A DNA stretch of 64,000 bases from contig CAZNTG010000006.1 of assembly GCA_964575955.1 (NCBI GenBank), positions 96,001 to 160,000 of the forward strand, read 5' to 3'. The notes beneath the pieces were generated by a model. That model did not search any database and was not told where the DNA came from. It saw only the letters and a list, made by a program, of their open reading frames with translations. Position 1 is the first letter of the stretch; every line of letters starts with the position of its first letter. The position numbers and the translations under genes were made by a program. Positions 40,482-49,387 of this stretch are shown piece by piece. The DNA is from an uncultured Thermoproteaceae archaeon. GTDB lineage: Archaea > Thermoproteota > Thermoprotei > Thermoproteales > Thermocladiaceae.

Positions 40482-41911
40482 GTATCTTATACTTTGATTA
40501 CTTTTGTAATTATCTTAGCCTCTTCAGGGTATTGTGGTGCATCCCATGGAAACTTTTCACCGCTTAACCACATTTGCCATCTCTTTATATCTTCCTGTAC
40601 CATTATCTTTACAAGTTCTTTAAATCTTGTTTTAGGTTCCCAACCAAATTTCTGTTTTGCTTTACTATAATCTCCAGCTATTTCAAGTACATCGAGTGGT
40701 CTAAATAGTGATTTATCTATTACTACATACTTCTGCCATTTATCTGGATCAACGTCATATCCCATCTCTTGAGCTACTCTTAATGCTTCTATAAGAAACT
40801 CTTTAACACTATGTAATTCTCCTGTTGCTAATACATAGTCATCAGGTTCTTTTTGCTGCATCATTTGCCAGATACCATAGACGTACTCTGGTGCGTATCC
40901 CCAATCACGTTTAGCTTCTATATTTCCAAGTTTTATAGGTTCTCTATATATTCCAAGCACGTACTTAGCAACCCAATTACTTATCTTCCTTGTAACAAAT
41001 TCTAAACCTCTTAATGGTGATTCATGATTAAATAGGATACCATTAACTACATATAGACCATAAGCTTCTCTATATGCACAGCCAAGCCAATAGCATGCAA
41101 GTTTTGAAACTGCGTAAGGACTTACAGGTTTGAATGGGTCATTCTCATTTAAAGCTCTCTTAAACTTTTCAATTATTTCTCTACCTGCCTTACCATACAT
41201 CTCAGATGTACATGCAATATATACCTTACAGTCTGGTAATATCTGTCTAACAGCTTCAAGTATGTACAATGTACCCAACGTATTTATTTCAAATGTTGTA
41301 ACAGGATTTTCAAAACTTGCACCTACAAAACTCATAGCTCCAAGATGATAAATCTCATCAGGTTGAATCTCCTTTATTGTTAAGAATATTGACGTGGCAT
41401 CAGTAAGTTCACAAGGTACTAGATTAACTTTATCGAAAATTCCCAAATACTGTAATCTCCAAAAGTTTGGTGATGATACACGTCTAAAGGTACCATAAAC
41501 TTCATAACCTTTCTCAAGTAATAACTTAGCAAGATATGCACCATCTTGACCTGTAATTCCTGTTATTAATGCACGTTTAGTCATACTCAAATCGCTTTAA
41601 ACTAAATTTATAAAGATTCTCACTATTGACATTATCAGGTATTATGGTGGTAGTAGCTTATCTAAATTCTTCTTAAAAGTCTCTTCACTAAAGTTAGCGT
41701 GTATGTAACTTCTCAACTCTCTAGATCTTCTAACATGTTCATCAATATCCATACTTAACAACTTCGCAATCTTATGTGCAGCTTCTTCTATGTTTGTGTA
41801 TAGGTATTCTTTTTTGTAGTTTACTATTTCAAATGCTCCTCCACCAGCATAGAGAAGTGGTAAACAACCAGAAGCAATACCCTCCAAACAAGCAATAGAA
41901 AGAGGCTCTTG
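39440..41911. repeat. 133-bp exact direct repeat shared by the two GT4 genes, flanking gmd
   Basis: 39440-39572 is identical to 41779-41911. Confidence 0.9.
40487..41590 (-). CDS. gmd: GDP-mannose 4,6-dehydratase
   Basis: ALITGITGQDGAYLA, PDEIYHLGA.SFV, SPYAVSK, NGILFNHESPLRG.EFVTRKI, RDWG. Confidence 0.97.
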   Translation of the reverse strand: MSMTKRALITGITGQDGAYLAKLLLEKGYEVYGTFRRVSSPNFWRLQYLGIFDKVNLVPCELTDATSIFLTIKEIQPDEIYHLGAMSFVGASFENPVTTFEINTLGTLYILEAVRQILPDCKVYIACTSEMYGKAGREIIEKFKRALNENDPFKPVSPYAVSKLACYWLGCAYREAYGLYVVNGILFNHESPLRGLEFVTRKISNWVAKYVLGIYREPIKLGNIEAKRDWGYAPEYVYGIWQMMQQKEPDDYVLATGELHSVKEFLIEALRVAQEMGYDVDPDKWQKYVVIDKSLFRPLDVLEIAGDYSKAKQKFGWEPKTRFKELVKIMVQEDIKRWQMWLSGEKFPWDAPQYPEEAKIITKVIKV

Positions 41912-42826
41912 TGCTAGTTCTGGCTCTCCATAACCCATACTGTGTAGGAATACTCTAGCTTTAGATAAGTACTCAAGCACTTGATGAAAAGGTAGATTTG
42001 GTTTTAACAAGACAACATCTTCAAGATTATACTCCTTTACAAGTCTTTTACAATAATTGAAGTAGGGTTCCTGAGCTTTAGATAAACCACCAATAATGAC
42101 AAATTTACAATCTTTACCATACTCCTCAACGTACTTCTTAGCTATCAATATTTGAATATCCTGCTTCTTATCAGGAGAATATCTACCTAGTGAAACAACA
42201 ATATTCTCTCTAGATGTATTTTCTGCAACTTTACTAAATTCAGAAAAGTTTACAGGTGGGTATATGTATCCTGACAATTTTATATTATACCTCTTCTCAA
42301 TAAGTTCTTTCATCCATCTAGCATCAGTATAAACTTCAATTAAACCCTTATCAATATATTCTACAAGTTTCTTAAAAGACCATCTAGCAATTTTACGATA
42401 AGGTAGATAGTACATCTTCCAAATCTTAGAAGTTCTATACTTTACATCAACTTCCTCCATATCCCAATATGGTACATATATGATCAAGACGTACTTATCA
42501 TACTTCAAACCTGGACATGGAAGCCAAGTTCCAGATGCATTAAATACATAATTAAACTTTTTAAATGATGGTAATAGTTGTACTAGAAGTTTTTGATAGA
42601 GACTAAATGAGTCAAAAAATATTAATGAACTATGAAAATAAACCTTAGAAAAATCAATATTCTTATCAGGATATTTCTCTCTTAAAAATTGTTCAGATAT
42701 CTTCCTCATAGTAAATAAATGAACTTCAAAACCTCTATGTGTAAAATGTTCAACAGCTGTAACTGTAAGCTTTTCACCACCACCATATATATTTGCAAAT
42801 CTATGAATAACAGCTATACTCTTCAC
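41642..42826 (-). CDS. Family 4 glycosyltransferase (Alg11-like)
   Basis: GGGEK, IYPPV, GRYSPDKKQ, EPLSIACLEGIASG. Confidence 0.88.
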   Translation of the reverse strand: MKSIAVIHRFANIYGGGEKLTVTAVEHFTHRGFEVHLFTMRKISEQFLREKYPDKNIDFSKVYFHSSLIFFDSFSLYQKLLVQLLPSFKKFNYVFNASGTWLPCPGLKYDKYVLIIYVPYWDMEEVDVKYRTSKIWKMYYLPYRKIARWSFKKLVEYIDKGLIEVYTDARWMKELIEKRYNIKLSGYIYPPVNFSEFSKVAENTSRENIVVSLGRYSPDKKQDIQILIAKKYVEEYGKDCKFVIIGGLSKAQEPYFNYCKRLVKEYNLEDVVLLKPNLPFHQVLEYLSKARVFLHSMGYGEPELAQEPLSIACLEGIASGCLPLLYAGGGAFEIVNYKKEYLYTNIEEAAHKIAKLLSMDIDEHVRRSRELRSYIHANFSEETFKKNLDKLLPP

Positions 42827-42859
42827 AAAGAAAGGTCTAGCTAGTACGAATATTAAAAT

Positions 42860-44284
42860 TTAGCTTAACAACTTTAAGAGTCTAAATATTGGAAAACTGT
42901 GAGATAGAGTATTCAAAATCTGGTTAAATGTAACATCAATACTGCAGCTACTATCAACAACTTTAAAATTAAATAACTTTGAAAACTTTAATAGATATAT
43001 TCTATACCTCATATAGAACTCTATAGGATATACATGAACATCACTTCTACGATTATACGATACTCTAGGATCAACATCAAGTAATATCACAATATCAGGT
43101 TTTATAAAAAACCTACTATAAATCTTGTAAATATGTACTAAACTTAGACCTCTAATAAATAGACCGATGAGAGATTCATATACATACCTATCAACTATGA
43201 CAAAATCATACATTATAGATGTGAAGTATACATAAAATGAGAATATTAATCTATACAATATCGTAGAGACTACTCTCAATAATAGTCTAAAACTAACATT
43301 ACTATACTTACCTGAGGATGGTGAACATGATTCAACTCTACTTACTAATCCAACACTCGATCTAGATATTCTTAAGAATCTTCTAAAATATTCTTTAAAT
43401 CTAATTAATGGATTATGCTCTTCTAAGTGTACATATGTAACTTTAAATCCAAACTTTCTCAACTTCTTTAATAACATCTTTGATTGTGTAGTCTTTCCAC
43501 TTGCATCAATACCTTCAAATACCACTATAAGACCTCTCAAATTTTTAACACTATTTAATATTGATAGGAGTGTTGCTTTAATGACTCTTCTAAAGTATAT
43601 GTATTTAGTTGATTTAGAACTTTTAGAGGGTAGTATGTTGTTTATTAAAAATCTCAATAAAATACCTACAGGTAGTATAACTTCCCTACTTTTAAATAAT
43701 CCTTTAGGTATTTTTCCTCTTAATATACCTGTATAGTATTTTACTAAATATTCTAGTTTGTACTTTTGTGAAAGTCTACTTATCTCAGACTTATCTACAC
43801 AATTTTCTCTAAGTATTTTATATATTATTACTAGTTCATCAATATTTAATCTCATGTGTATTAGTGAGTGTATGAATAGTAAGAATATTTGCATTGTTGG
43901 ATTTAGAATATATATTCTATACCTATTCTCGATTGGTATTATATTTTTCTCAATATCTTCTATATCTAAAATTTTTAATCCTAACCAAGATATTGATAGA
44001 TATATATCAATTTCAAGTTCGCCATCCTGTATAGATATTCTATCAATATTATTATATCTTATTTTAATATTTTCAATTTTCTTCAATTCATCTAGTAGTT
44101 TTGTAATATCTCTACAGTTTAGTAGTAGTATATCTACATCTCTGCCCTCTATGCGTGGTTTTAATATGATTATCTTATCGCAATGTTTGGATAGTATTTC
44201 TAGTATATTTCTTCTATTTAGTAAACTTTCTAATTCGTTGTTGTAGAGTTTTAGATATTCTTCACTTATTGTTATATTTTTCAT
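42860..44284 (-). CDS. Fusion of a nucleotidyltransferase-like domain and a thymidylate-kinase-like P-loop domain
   Basis: N-terminal GRDVDILL and EIDIY; C-terminal IVVFEGIDASGKTT, DRY, KPDIVILLDV. Confidence 0.75.
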   Translation of the reverse strand: MKNITISEEYLKLYNNELESLLNRRNILEILSKHCDKIIILKPRIEGRDVDILLLNCRDITKLLDELKKIENIKIRYNNIDRISIQDGELEIDIYLSISWLGLKILDIEDIEKNIIPIENRYRIYILNPTMQIFLLFIHSLIHMRLNIDELVIIYKILRENCVDKSEISRLSQKYKLEYLVKYYTGILRGKIPKGLFKSREVILPVGILLRFLINNILPSKSSKSTKYIYFRRVIKATLLSILNSVKNLRGLIVVFEGIDASGKTTQSKMLLKKLRKFGFKVTYVHLEEHNPLIRFKEYFRRFLRISRSSVGLVSRVESCSPSSGKYSNVSFRLLLRVVSTILYRLIFSFYVYFTSIMYDFVIVDRYVYESLIGLFIRGLSLVHIYKIYSRFFIKPDIVILLDVDPRVSYNRRSDVHVYPIEFYMRYRIYLLKFSKLFNFKVVDSSCSIDVTFNQILNTLSHSFPIFRLLKLLS

Positions 44285-44285
44285 C

Positions 44286-46766
44286 TTATTCTCCTGTTAA
44301 TCTTTTAGTTATTCCAACCATGTATAGTGGTATTGTCATTCTGTTTCCATAGTAGTAGTGTAGTAGTATTTTCATTATTTCTCTTAATGCTAGCATTATT
44401 GTTACTTTTCTAACACCACATACATTTGCAGCTTCTTTCCATGGTCTTGCTTGTAGTATTTTTGCAATTATCATCTTCTCATATTCGAATGGTAGTTTAG
44501 GTTTTCTACTACTATCTAGGTAGTAGTATTTTCTAGCTACTTCAAATATTGCATCTACAGCATTTTCATATGTCATTGGTCCATATGCATATGCTACAAG
44601 TCTGTTTAGTTGTGCATTTGTTATTTTTGGTAGACATTCTTCCTCATCTTCACATAGTGGTATTCCCCAGTCTGTTAGTAGTAGTACAGCTACTTCAGGT
44701 TCTAGATCGTGGTATGGTCCATGTAGTGAGTTTATTAGTCTAATTCTAAATTCTCTATTTGCATAGTCTATTGCTTTTCTAGCTTCTTGACTTATCGGTT
44801 TTACAAGTAGTACACTATATTCACCACTTACAGGATTTCTCTCAGGACTCATATGTACAGGTTTATACTCATTCTTAATCCAGAAGCGTAGTAGTCTTTC
44901 ATGAACTCCAAATCCAACACCAACCCAATCAATACCTTTCTCCATAGCTTCTTTTTCAATCATCTTCAACATGTATGATCCTAAACCTCTATCCTGTAGT
45001 TCTGGATGTGTTGCTATTCTAACAATTCTCCAACCTCTAAGTTTTGCAAAATCTGTAAGTTTCCAATATTTTACAAGTCTATCAGGAATTATGTTTCCTG
45101 GAAGTTTTAATCCTTTAGTCATTATGTCTATAATCTCATCACTAATACCACCCTCTTCTGCAAGTTCTACAGCAACTACAATCTTACCATTTGGAAGTGC
45201 TAGAGCTCTAATGAAGTGGTGAGGTGCGTCAAGCATCATGCCTAGGTCATCTGGCTCATTTCTATAGTGTGCCTGTACGTATATTCCGAAGAATTGTCTA
45301 AGCTTATTCTCATCTTCTAAAGCCATCTTCTCTAAGTCAGGTATTATGTAGACTAGATCTTTCTTCTCTACATACTTCAAATCTTCAGACTCTATCTTTG
45401 CAGGTTCTGCATCTAGTAGAAATGTGTCAAATAGCCACTTCTCTATAGGATCATTATCTGCATATCTTATAGGTTCATGCATCTCATATTCAAATACTTT
45501 AGTATCTTTCCTCTCTCTCAAATATTTTAGGAATCTTATACTAAATCCTCTACCTGCACCTTCATAACCATGTATTGTTGATGCATATATAACTCTACTA
45601 AATCTTGCATGAATACCATATAGTACTGGTAGTGGAACCATTGCAGCTTCATCAACAACAACAAGATCAAGACCATCTTCTGAAAGTAGTGAGTATGGTC
45701 TATAGTAGTCTATGAATATTTGAGAGCCAACTCTAATAGTTCTAATAATTCCAAGATTATCACGCTCGACAATTGGGTCATATCTCAACTCTTTCAAACC
45801 TTTCAAAACAAACTCCATTAAAGTTTGTATATTTGTTAAATTCATAGCTGTAACACCAACACGAACAATACCTTTAACACGTCTAAGTTTATGACAAAAT
45901 GCTGCAACTGCAAGACCAATAACTGCTGACTTACCTCTACCTCTATCAGCAATTATGACAATGTTAGTCTTCTCACCTTTCTTAGGTCTTTCAAGAATAT
46001 TTTCAAGAATTTTCAAAGCATTTACCTGATCTTGAGTTAGTGCAAGTTTGTATATACAGGTTGGAAATCTTCTCTTATCAGGAAGCTTAATCTCAGGTCT
46101 AGACCATGGTTTAACATTTTCTAAAATCTTAGGTTCTTTAATATATCTATCATTATCGACATCTATAATACATATACCATCATGTTCTAGTAATTTTTTC
46201 CAAAATCTCTTCTTCAATAGATGTCTAACATCTTGAGGACCATATTGAGGAACTAGAAGTTGTTCTTGAAATTTTGTTAAAAACTTAGTCCAAACTTCTA
46301 GAGGTCTGATAAATATTACATATATACCACCACCACGAACAACACCACCAAGTCTACCAACATCATTTGGTTTTAAATTATCTATAATATCTAGGATAGC
46401 GAAATCGTATGTAGATCCTAGTAATTTATCAGTATCTTTATATGGTCTATATTCTATTGAAAATTCTTGTTGTACTGTTATTACTTTCCTTCTAAAATTT
46501 TCAAATCTCTTACAACTACCTGAAGAGTCATGTTGATACATGAATAGTCCTGTTGGTTTTTCTTGTCTAATTTTCTTCCAAATATTTGAAAACTCTCTCA
46601 ATATATTTATACAATAATCAACAATCTTATCATCAGATGTTCCACATAATGCTATCAGTCTACGATGATTAAGTACTAGTCCCTGTTCTATAAATTTCTT
46701 CAAGTTTTCAAATAATGTCATCATATCTGTAGTTAATATATGCTTAAAGTCTAGCTTATAAATCAT
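44286..46766 (-). CDS. tmcA: tRNA/RNA cytidine acetyltransferase (TmcA/Nat10)
   Basis: HRRL, ADRGRGKSA, DEAA, STIHGYEGAGRGF, EPIRY..DP.E, AHYRNEPDDL, RIVRIATHP..Q.RGLGS. Confidence 0.95.
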   Translation of the reverse strand: MIYKLDFKHILTTDMMTLFENLKKFIEQGLVLNHRRLIALCGTSDDKIVDYCINILREFSNIWKKIRQEKPTGLFMYQHDSSGSCKRFENFRRKVITVQQEFSIEYRPYKDTDKLLGSTYDFAILDIIDNLKPNDVGRLGGVVRGGGIYVIFIRPLEVWTKFLTKFQEQLLVPQYGPQDVRHLLKKRFWKKLLEHDGICIIDVDNDRYIKEPKILENVKPWSRPEIKLPDKRRFPTCIYKLALTQDQVNALKILENILERPKKGEKTNIVIIADRGRGKSAVIGLAVAAFCHKLRRVKGIVRVGVTAMNLTNIQTLMEFVLKGLKELRYDPIVERDNLGIIRTIRVGSQIFIDYYRPYSLLSEDGLDLVVVDEAAMVPLPVLYGIHARFSRVIYASTIHGYEGAGRGFSIRFLKYLRERKDTKVFEYEMHEPIRYADNDPIEKWLFDTFLLDAEPAKIESEDLKYVEKKDLVYIIPDLEKMALEDENKLRQFFGIYVQAHYRNEPDDLGMMLDAPHHFIRALALPNGKIVVAVELAEEGGISDEIIDIMTKGLKLPGNIIPDRLVKYWKLTDFAKLRGWRIVRIATHPELQDRGLGSYMLKMIEKEAMEKGIDWVGVGFGVHERLLRFWIKNEYKPVHMSPERNPVSGEYSVLLVKPISQEARKAIDYANREFRIRLINSLHGPYHDLEPEVAVLLLTDWGIPLCEDEEECLPKITNAQLNRLVAYAYGPMTYENAVDAIFEVARKYYYLDSSRKPKLPFEYEKMIIAKILQARPWKEAANVCGVRKVTIMLALREIMKILLHYYYGNRMTIPLYMVGITKRLTGE

Positions 46767-46874
46767 GACATAGAGATACTGAATGATGATTATGTACTTT
46801 GAAGTACTTATCTAATGACTAGCGTATATATGTTCTTAAGTAAATGTTTAATAGGTCTAGTTAGACAGGTATGA

Positions 46875-47267
46875 GTGTCTGTTCGAATAACAACACTTCT
46901 ACAACATGTGAAGAAGATTGAGGGTAAGTACATAAATGTAGATGTGTATAGTTTAAAATCTGATGGTAGGAAGTTCATAGTTGGATTAATAACATGTCCA
47001 TATACTGGTAAGAAATTTGAATTTAAAGTTGAACCACATCTAGATCAGGCAGTTCCTGGAGTTGTACAACACGATGGAGGATTTCTAGAACATGCTAGAA
47101 AGGTTGAACAGTATAGAGAATGGTTTTATGAAAATATTGAACCATATTCAAGAAATAGTTTTCATAAGAGGAAATATTTTGTATGTAGAAAATGTGGCTA
47201 TAAAACTACCAGATACATAGACATACTTCTACACCTAGTTCAAATACATAAGTTTCTAATAGTGTAG
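46875..47267 (+). CDS. Hypothetical protein with a C-terminal C2H2 zinc finger
   Basis: CRKCG...LLHLVQIH. Confidence 0.7.
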   Translation: MSVRITTLLQHVKKIEGKYINVDVYSLKSDGRKFIVGLITCPYTGKKFEFKVEPHLDQAVPGVVQHDGGFLEHARKVEQYREWFYENIEPYSRNSFHKRKYFVCRKCGYKTTRYIDILLHLVQIHKFLIV

Positions 47268-47274
47268 TATCGTA

Positions 47275-47850
47275 ATGAGAAGAATATTTCTAATAACAGG
47301 AAGACCAGGTGTTGGAAAGACAACTCTTGTAAAGAGAATTGCAGAAGCACTATACGATAAGTATAGCATTGCAGGATTTATAACACAGGAAGTTAGAGAG
47401 GCAGGAGTTAGAGTAGGATTCAAAATAATGACAATAGAAAAAGTACTTGGTAAGAATGGTGAAGAAGATTGGCTAGCACATGTATCAATGTTTCGTGGAA
47501 ATCCAAAAATAGGTAAATATAATGTAAATATAGAAGCAATAGATTACATAGGTATAAAAACATTAGAGAAAGCTCTCAAAGAAAATATAGAACTAGTAAT
47601 AATAGATGAGATAGGCCCAATGGAATTACTATCAAAAAAATTCTTACCAACAGTAGAGAAAGTATTAAATAGCGACAAGATAGTATTAGCAACAATACAT
47701 ATAAAATGTAGAGAGGATGAAAAATTAAGAAGAATAGTACAAAGACAAGACACACTACTAGTAGAACTAACAATACAGAATAGAAATAGTATGTATCAAA
47801 CAGTAAAACATGAAATAGAACAAGCATTAAGAATTAGAAGAAAACAATGA
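47275..47850 (+). CDS. THEP1-family NTPase
   Basis: ITGRPGVGKTT, GFITQEVRE.G.RVGF, GKY.V, IIDEIGPMEL. Confidence 0.92.
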   Translation: MRRIFLITGRPGVGKTTLVKRIAEALYDKYSIAGFITQEVREAGVRVGFKIMTIEKVLGKNGEEDWLAHVSMFRGNPKIGKYNVNIEAIDYIGIKTLEKALKENIELVIIDEIGPMELLSKKFLPTVEKVLNSDKIVLATIHIKCREDEKLRRIVQRQDTLLVELTIQNRNSMYQTVKHEIEQALRIRRKQ

Positions 47851-47895
47851 TGAACCTCACGGTAACAGAAACATGAAGAAACTCCTCTAAACTGA
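47847..47895 (+). ncRNA. C/D-box sRNA (2'-O-methylation guide)
   Basis: C ATGATGA, guide ACCTCACGGTAA, D' CAGA, C' ATGAAGA, guide AACTCCTCTAAA, D CTGA. The first guide is complementary to the conserved 23S sequence UACCGUGAGG (recalled, not aligned). Confidence 0.85.
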
Positions 47896-48017
47896 GAAAA
47901 GTAAATCAATATAGTAGAACTTGACACACATCCATACACCATCCTGAGTAGATACACATCTCTCTATCTCATACATCACTCTTCCCATCTACATAATCAA
48001 CCTCTTGTTTAGGTTAA

Positions 48018-48067
48018 TCAGCTCCACCGGAATTCTTCATCTATCTGTGCAGCGAAGAGTTCATCAT
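48018..48067 (-). ncRNA. C/D-box sRNA
   Basis: Minus strand: ATGATGA, ACTCTTCGCTGCA, CAGA, ATGAAGA, ATTCCGGTGGAG, CTGA. Confidence 0.85.
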
Positions 48068-48142
48068 CTGTATACGTGTAGTATATGTATACGTTAAAAG
48101 AGTGATATTGCATTTTAGTTTCTCTTCCCTTCTTATCACTAT

Positions 48143-48730
48143 ATGCGTGAATATTTATCTAAGTTGTGGTCTCACATTTTTGATGTTTATTTAACATCTA
48201 TGAGGTGTGGTGTATATCCTATAAGTTTCTCATTTGCTAGATTTCTAACGCTTTTATCAGGTTGTCTATGTACTAGATCTAGTGTTAGAGTTTTAGAGAT
48301 TGGTTCTGGTTTCGGTTTTTCTACATCTTGGTTTGCTATATCTTTTAGATTTTGTAAATTTCCAAGTTTTGTAATTTCTATCGATATCAATTTTAATAAT
48401 GTGAAAGTTGCTTTAAAGAATATTAATGTTGATAATCTTGTAGTATTTGTAGATTTTATTGTATGTGATGGTAGATTATTACCATTTAGAGTATGTCCTT
48501 ATTTTGATATTGTCTTCATAGATGCTGATAAGGAGTATTATGTAGATTATTTAAATGAGTGTGATAAATATTTGAAGATTGGTGGTCTAGTTATTGCTCA
48601 TAATGTCTTTCTTCCTGAACCTCATAAACTTTCTAACTTTTTAAAAGAGATTTTAGAATCTAGTAAATGGTTTTCCATTTTAGTTCCTGTAGATCCTGCA
48701 GGTACTAGTATCAGTTTGAAAGTTATGTAA
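48143..48730 (+). CDS. O-methyltransferase (YrrM/Methyltransf_3 family)
   Basis: VLEIGSGFGFS, FDIVFIDADK..Y, GGLVIAHN. Confidence 0.85.
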   Translation: MREYLSKLWSHIFDVYLTSMRCGVYPISFSFARFLTLLSGCLCTRSSVRVLEIGSGFGFSTSWFAISFRFCKFPSFVISIDINFNNVKVALKNINVDNLVVFVDFIVCDGRLLPFRVCPYFDIVFIDADKEYYVDYLNECDKYLKIGGLVIAHNVFLPEPHKLSNFLKEILESSKWFSILVPVDPAGTSISLKVM

Positions 48731-48739
48731 ATTATACTA

Positions 48740-49213
48740 ATGATAAAACAACTTATAAGTCAGGTCATCTTTGCTAGTTTCATGCGTGTACTTACCTGTA
48801 TCAAACTTTCATTTTCATCAGCGCATACATTAACTAAAGATCTTGGAACTCAAGCATGTTCAACTATCCATGGACATAACTATACTGTTGAACTATGTTT
48901 TACATCTGAAAATCCACTTCCATGGGTCTACGATTTCAAGAGATTGAAAGTTATTGCAAAGAAGGTTATTGATCAACTTGATCATAAACTTCTACTTCCT
49001 GAAAAGATATGTAGAAGTAGTAACGTATCTATCCCAGGTACTGACCCATCAATAATATGTCTACCTGTTGAAGAAGTTACAGCTGAAGAATTAGCACTCT
49101 ACATTGCTAAGGAAGTTACAAATGTAATAAATAATGAACAGATAAAAATATCTCTTGTAAAAGTTAGACTTTATGAATCAGATACAAGCTATGTTGAGGT
49201 TGAACTACTATGA
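48740..49213 (+). CDS. queD: 6-carboxy-5,6,7,8-tetrahydropterin synthase (PTPS family)
   Basis: FSSAH, CSTIHGHNY, DF..LK, LDH, TAEELA, LYES; true start probably near 48782. Confidence 0.82.
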   Translation: MIKQLISQVIFASFMRVLTCIKLSFSSAHTLTKDLGTQACSTIHGHNYTVELCFTSENPLPWVYDFKRLKVIAKKVIDQLDHKLLLPEKICRSSNVSIPGTDPSIICLPVEEVTAEELALYIAKEVTNVINNEQIKISLVKVRLYESDTSYVEVELL

Positions 49214-49377
49214 TGAGACCTCTAGCTAGAATTTTCAAATTTATAAGTATAAAAGTTGAGAAAGGTAAAGATATTCCATATAGTGGTAAGAAGTTTGTAC
49301 TAATACTAATACTACTATTCTTAGTATTGTTAATAATTATGACTTTAATACTACTAGTAAGAGCAGGATATATCTAG
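49210..49377 (+). CDS. Small single-TM membrane protein (55 aa)
   Basis: Hand translation MMRPLARIFKFISIKVEKGKDIPYSGKKFVLILILLFLVLLIIMTLILLVRAGYI*; ATGA overlap with the queD stop. Confidence 0.55.
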   Translation: MMRPLARIFKFISIKVEKGKDIPYSGKKFVLILILLFLVLLIIMTLILLVRAGYI

Positions 49378-49387
49378 ACATGTTGTA

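Noticed and set aside
33078-41911. Paralog-shared patches as DGR template/variable repeats
   Set aside because: The copies are fully identical with no adenine-specific mismatches, and there is no reverse transcriptase in the window.
46783-46825. ATGATGA upstream of tmcA as another C/D sRNA
   Set aside because: No CTGA D box or C' box at the expected spacing.
49210-49260. ATGATGA after queD as a C/D sRNA
   Set aside because: No D or D' boxes; better explained as a stop/start overlap of the small membrane ORF.
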